Of a DNA stretch of 32,000 bases, positions 30,042-32,000 are shown piece after piece; within the stretch, counting starts at the first letter, position 1; each line of letters starts with the position of its first letter. The translations under genes were made by a program, and so were the position numbers. Origin of the DNA: Candidatus Saccharimonadota bacterium (lineage in GTDB: Bacteria; Patescibacteriota; Microgenomatia; UBA1406; GWC2-37-13); assembly GCA_016700135.1 (NCBI GenBank), contig CP065004.1, positions 300,001 through 332,000 of the forward strand, written 5' to 3'. The notes under the pieces are model-generated. The model saw nothing but the letters and a program-made list of their open reading frames with translations, did not search any database and was not told the origin of the DNA.

Positions 30042-30728
30042 CTATTCCCACTTGCCGGAAAGCAGTGCTGTACTCGGATGTCTTGATGTATCAACTTTCA
30101 GTTTGGAAAAAATATCAGCAGATTTCATTGATTCCTCTTCATGTTCAGCCCGAATACCCAGTCTTCCGATATCTCCTCCTACTCCCACAAGTAATATCTG
30201 TGTACTTTTCTGGTTTAGGCTTTGGGTTACTGAAACGGGAGAATAATTGGAAAAAGGTGCATCAGGAGACGAAGGGCGGCGGTGGGCCGGTCGATGAAGC
30301 AGAATGTAGTTTCCTTCCTTTTCAATAGAAAACGATTTCTGCACTTCTCCGATGCGTTTGGGAAGTTCAAGTTTATACAGTAAATGAGAGTGATCTCTGT
30401 GTTTGAGAATCGCATAAATTCCTTCTCCGGCAGGACGGGATGCTCCTTTTTGCGGAGTCCCCTTTTGCTCTTTATATGTTTGAAATCCGCGTCCTCCTAC
30501 CATTTGTACGAATCCCCAGGTCGTTTCGCGCCCGTCATTTACGATTGGCAGTTTTTTATTTCCCATCACGACATACCGTGCAGGACCGTCAAGCGGATCA
30601 AGCACAATAAAAAATCGTGAAACATCATCCATACCGGAAACCGTTTCTATCCCTTTTTTCGGTTTATAGAAAAAATAAATATCTCCCTGTTCAATAAATG
30701 TCAGATCAATTTTCCATTTTTGTATCAT
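30042..30728 (-). CDS. hypothetical protein (228 aa)
   Basis: GGAGG (30740-30736) lies 7 nt before ATG 30728, so the ORF-track TTG at 30734 is less likely. The protein starts MIQKWKIDLTFIEQGDIYFFYKPKKG. I recognise no catalytic motif. Confidence 0.6.
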   Translation of the reverse strand: MIQKWKIDLTFIEQGDIYFFYKPKKGIETVSGMDDVSRFFIVLDPLDGPARYVVMGNKKLPIVNDGRETTWGFVQMVGGRGFQTYKEQKGTPQKGASRPAGEGIYAILKHRDHSHLLYKLELPKRIGEVQKSFSIEKEGNYILLHRPAHRRPSSPDAPFSNYSPVSVTQSLNQKSTQILLVGVGGDIGRLGIRAEHEEESMKSADIFSKLKVDTSRHPSTALLSGKWE

Positions 30729-30807
30729 AATCAAGCCTCCGCAAAGCAGTATAGTATTTCTCCCTCAAGGAAATATGAAAGAAACGCGGTAAAACGGTAA
30801 GAGGGAG

Positions 30808-32000
30808 CTATAGAAAAATTTCTTCGTGTAAGTGAGGTAAGTGAATTTGGTCAATTCCCAGCTCCTTTTGTACCCGCTCTGAAAGTGCGTTTCTTGAAGG
30901 ATCTTCTCCGTGGGTCAATATCACGTGCTTTACTTGTTTGATGTGCTTGAGCCAATCCATAAGCTGTTGCTGATCCGCATGCGAACTCATCGCATGTGTC
31001 GTATTTACGGAAGCACTGACTGAAATCATTTTTCCGTCAATGAGAACTTCGCGCTGGCCTTCCATAAGCTCCCGGCCGAGTGTTCCTTCCCCCTGATAGC
31101 CGACGATAAATATTCGGTTTTTCGAATGCGAAAGATAGTGAGCAGCATGTCCGACTATACGACCTCCTGACATCATGCCGCTTCCGGCAATAATGACTTT
31201 TGCATCGTTTTTAAAATAAAGCCCTCTACTCTCGCTTCTTTTGGCGATGATTTCAAGACCGTCGAATGCAAAAATGCCGCCGTTCTCGAGGTCTTCAGTG
31301 ATATGAATATTGAACATTTCGGGATAATCCATATAGATCTGGGTCGCCTGATCGGCCATCGGACTGTCCAAAAACACCGGAGTACGCGCTTTTACTTTAC
31401 CTTCTTTTTTCAGATGCATGATCATGTGAAGAATCTCCTGTGTCCTTTCGAGTGCAAAGGCCGGAATAAGGAGAGTGCCGCCTGACTGTTCTACAGCATT
31501 GATCTCTGCTTGAAGCATTGCAGTTGCATCTTCATCAGCATGCAATCTGTCTCCGTAGGTTGATTCCATGACTACAGCATCAGCATCATCGATAAATTCG
31601 GTAGTTTTCACAATATCTTCAGGATAATTCCCGAGATCACCGCTAAAGACAATTTTTTGGATTTCTGAATTCGGTCTCAGATCTTCTATCTCAAGTGTGG
31701 CAGATCCCAATATATGCCCGGCATCCCGCATTGTGACAACAAAATCTCCTATTCTCTCAGGAGCTCTGTACTCCATTGTCTTGAAGCGATCAATAGTTCT
31801 ATATGCCAAATTTTTGTCGTAAAGTGCTTTTTTGTGGTCCTGTATTGCTATTTTTGCGCTGTCCAGCAAAGAAAGTTCCGTAAGGTCACGGGTTGGAGGG
31901 GTCATCCAGATTTTTCCTTTAAATCCGCGCGGGATCAAGATGGGAAGTCTGCCGCAATGATCAAGATGCGCATGTGTGAGGACTACACCGTCTAGTTTTG
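30808..32000 (-). CDS. MBL-fold beta-CASP family hydrolase (RNA-processing nuclease-like), N-terminus beyond the right window edge
   Basis: The frame stays open upstream of the ORF-track TTG at 31938. It reads KLDGVVLTHAHLDHCGRLP (HxHxDH) at the window edge. Downstream beta-CASP-like blocks are MESTYGD and MSSHADQQQL. Confidence 0.8.
   Translation of the reverse strand, partial: KLDGVVLTHAHLDHCGRLPILIPRGFKGKIWMTPPTRDLTELSLLDSAKIAIQDHKKALYDKNLAYRTIDRFKTMEYRAPERIGDFVVTMRDAGHILGSATLEIEDLRPNSEIQKIVFSGDLGNYPEDIVKTTEFIDDADAVVMESTYGDRLHADEDATAMLQAEINAVEQSGGTLLIPAFALERTQEILHMIMHLKKEGKVKARTPVFLDSPMADQATQIYMDYPEMFNIHITEDLENGGIFAFDGLEIIAKRSESRGLYFKNDAKVIIAGSGMMSGGRIVGHAAHYLSHSKNRIFIVGYQGEGTLGRELMEGQREVLIDGKMISVSASVNTTHAMSSHADQQQLMDWLKHIKQVKHVILTHGEDPSRNALSERVQKELGIDQIHLPHLHEEIFL

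Noticed and set aside
29891-30328. 145-aa + strand ORF
   Set aside because: It overlaps the SAM-I riboswitch and promoter on the opposite strand and the better-supported 30042..30728 CDS. It has no start signal.
1-32000. Alternative genetic code (UGA recoding), CRISPR arrays, and recognisable defence systems or toxin-antitoxin pairs
   Set aside because: TGA terminates well-supported genes (for example the 568-aa protein at 2607 and PadR at 8916) and no gene needs stop read-through. There are no short regularly spaced repeats. No nuclease, ATPase, reverse-transcriptase or TA-like small gene pairs were recognised.

Overview
This 32-kb window comes from a compact, moderately AT-rich bacterial chromosome. 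It uses the standard genetic code: TGA, TAA and TAG all act as stops. Convergent genes abut or overlap. I found no rRNA, tRNA or CRISPR array.

I can support about 32 protein genes:
- Pentose phosphate: an oxidative operon reading unknown 568-aa protein, zwf, gnd.
- Iron: an FTR1 permease, a ferric-reductase-like haem membrane protein and a Fur-family regulator.
- Housekeeping: truB, a SpoU/TrmH methyltransferase, typA, ung, metK behind a SAM-I riboswitch, a PlsC-like acyltransferase and a beta-CASP MBL hydrolase.
- Redox: PadR with a Trx-Grx fusion, HxlR with a hydrolase, and a cupredoxin.
- Envelope: an L,D-transpeptidase, a C39-like/TPR protein and a CPBP protease.

The observations most worth a second look:
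1. A leader RNA of about 100 nt (conserved pseudoknot plus intrinsic terminator) occurs twice, upstream of the FTR1 permease and upstream of a roughly 900-aa acidic disordered protein. I cannot assign it to a riboswitch class I know.
2. That 900-aa gene is split by a 715-bp IS1595-family element with perfect 15-bp inverted repeats and a 7-bp target duplication. Removing the element restores the reading frame exactly.
3. A two-gene operon encodes cross-fused enzymes: a Ppm1-like GT2 joined to a processive QxxRW GT2, followed by a GT-C (PMT_2-like) joined to a GH8 hydrolase.
4. A single-gene GC-rich island encodes an acidic SPF-repeat protein. An orphan promoter/attenuator-like AT-rich stretch lies upstream of it.
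5. Many genes have a TGnTAnAAT extended -10 element 5-8 nt upstream of the ATG, which implies leaderless mRNAs.

Taxonomic origin cannot be determined from the window alone.
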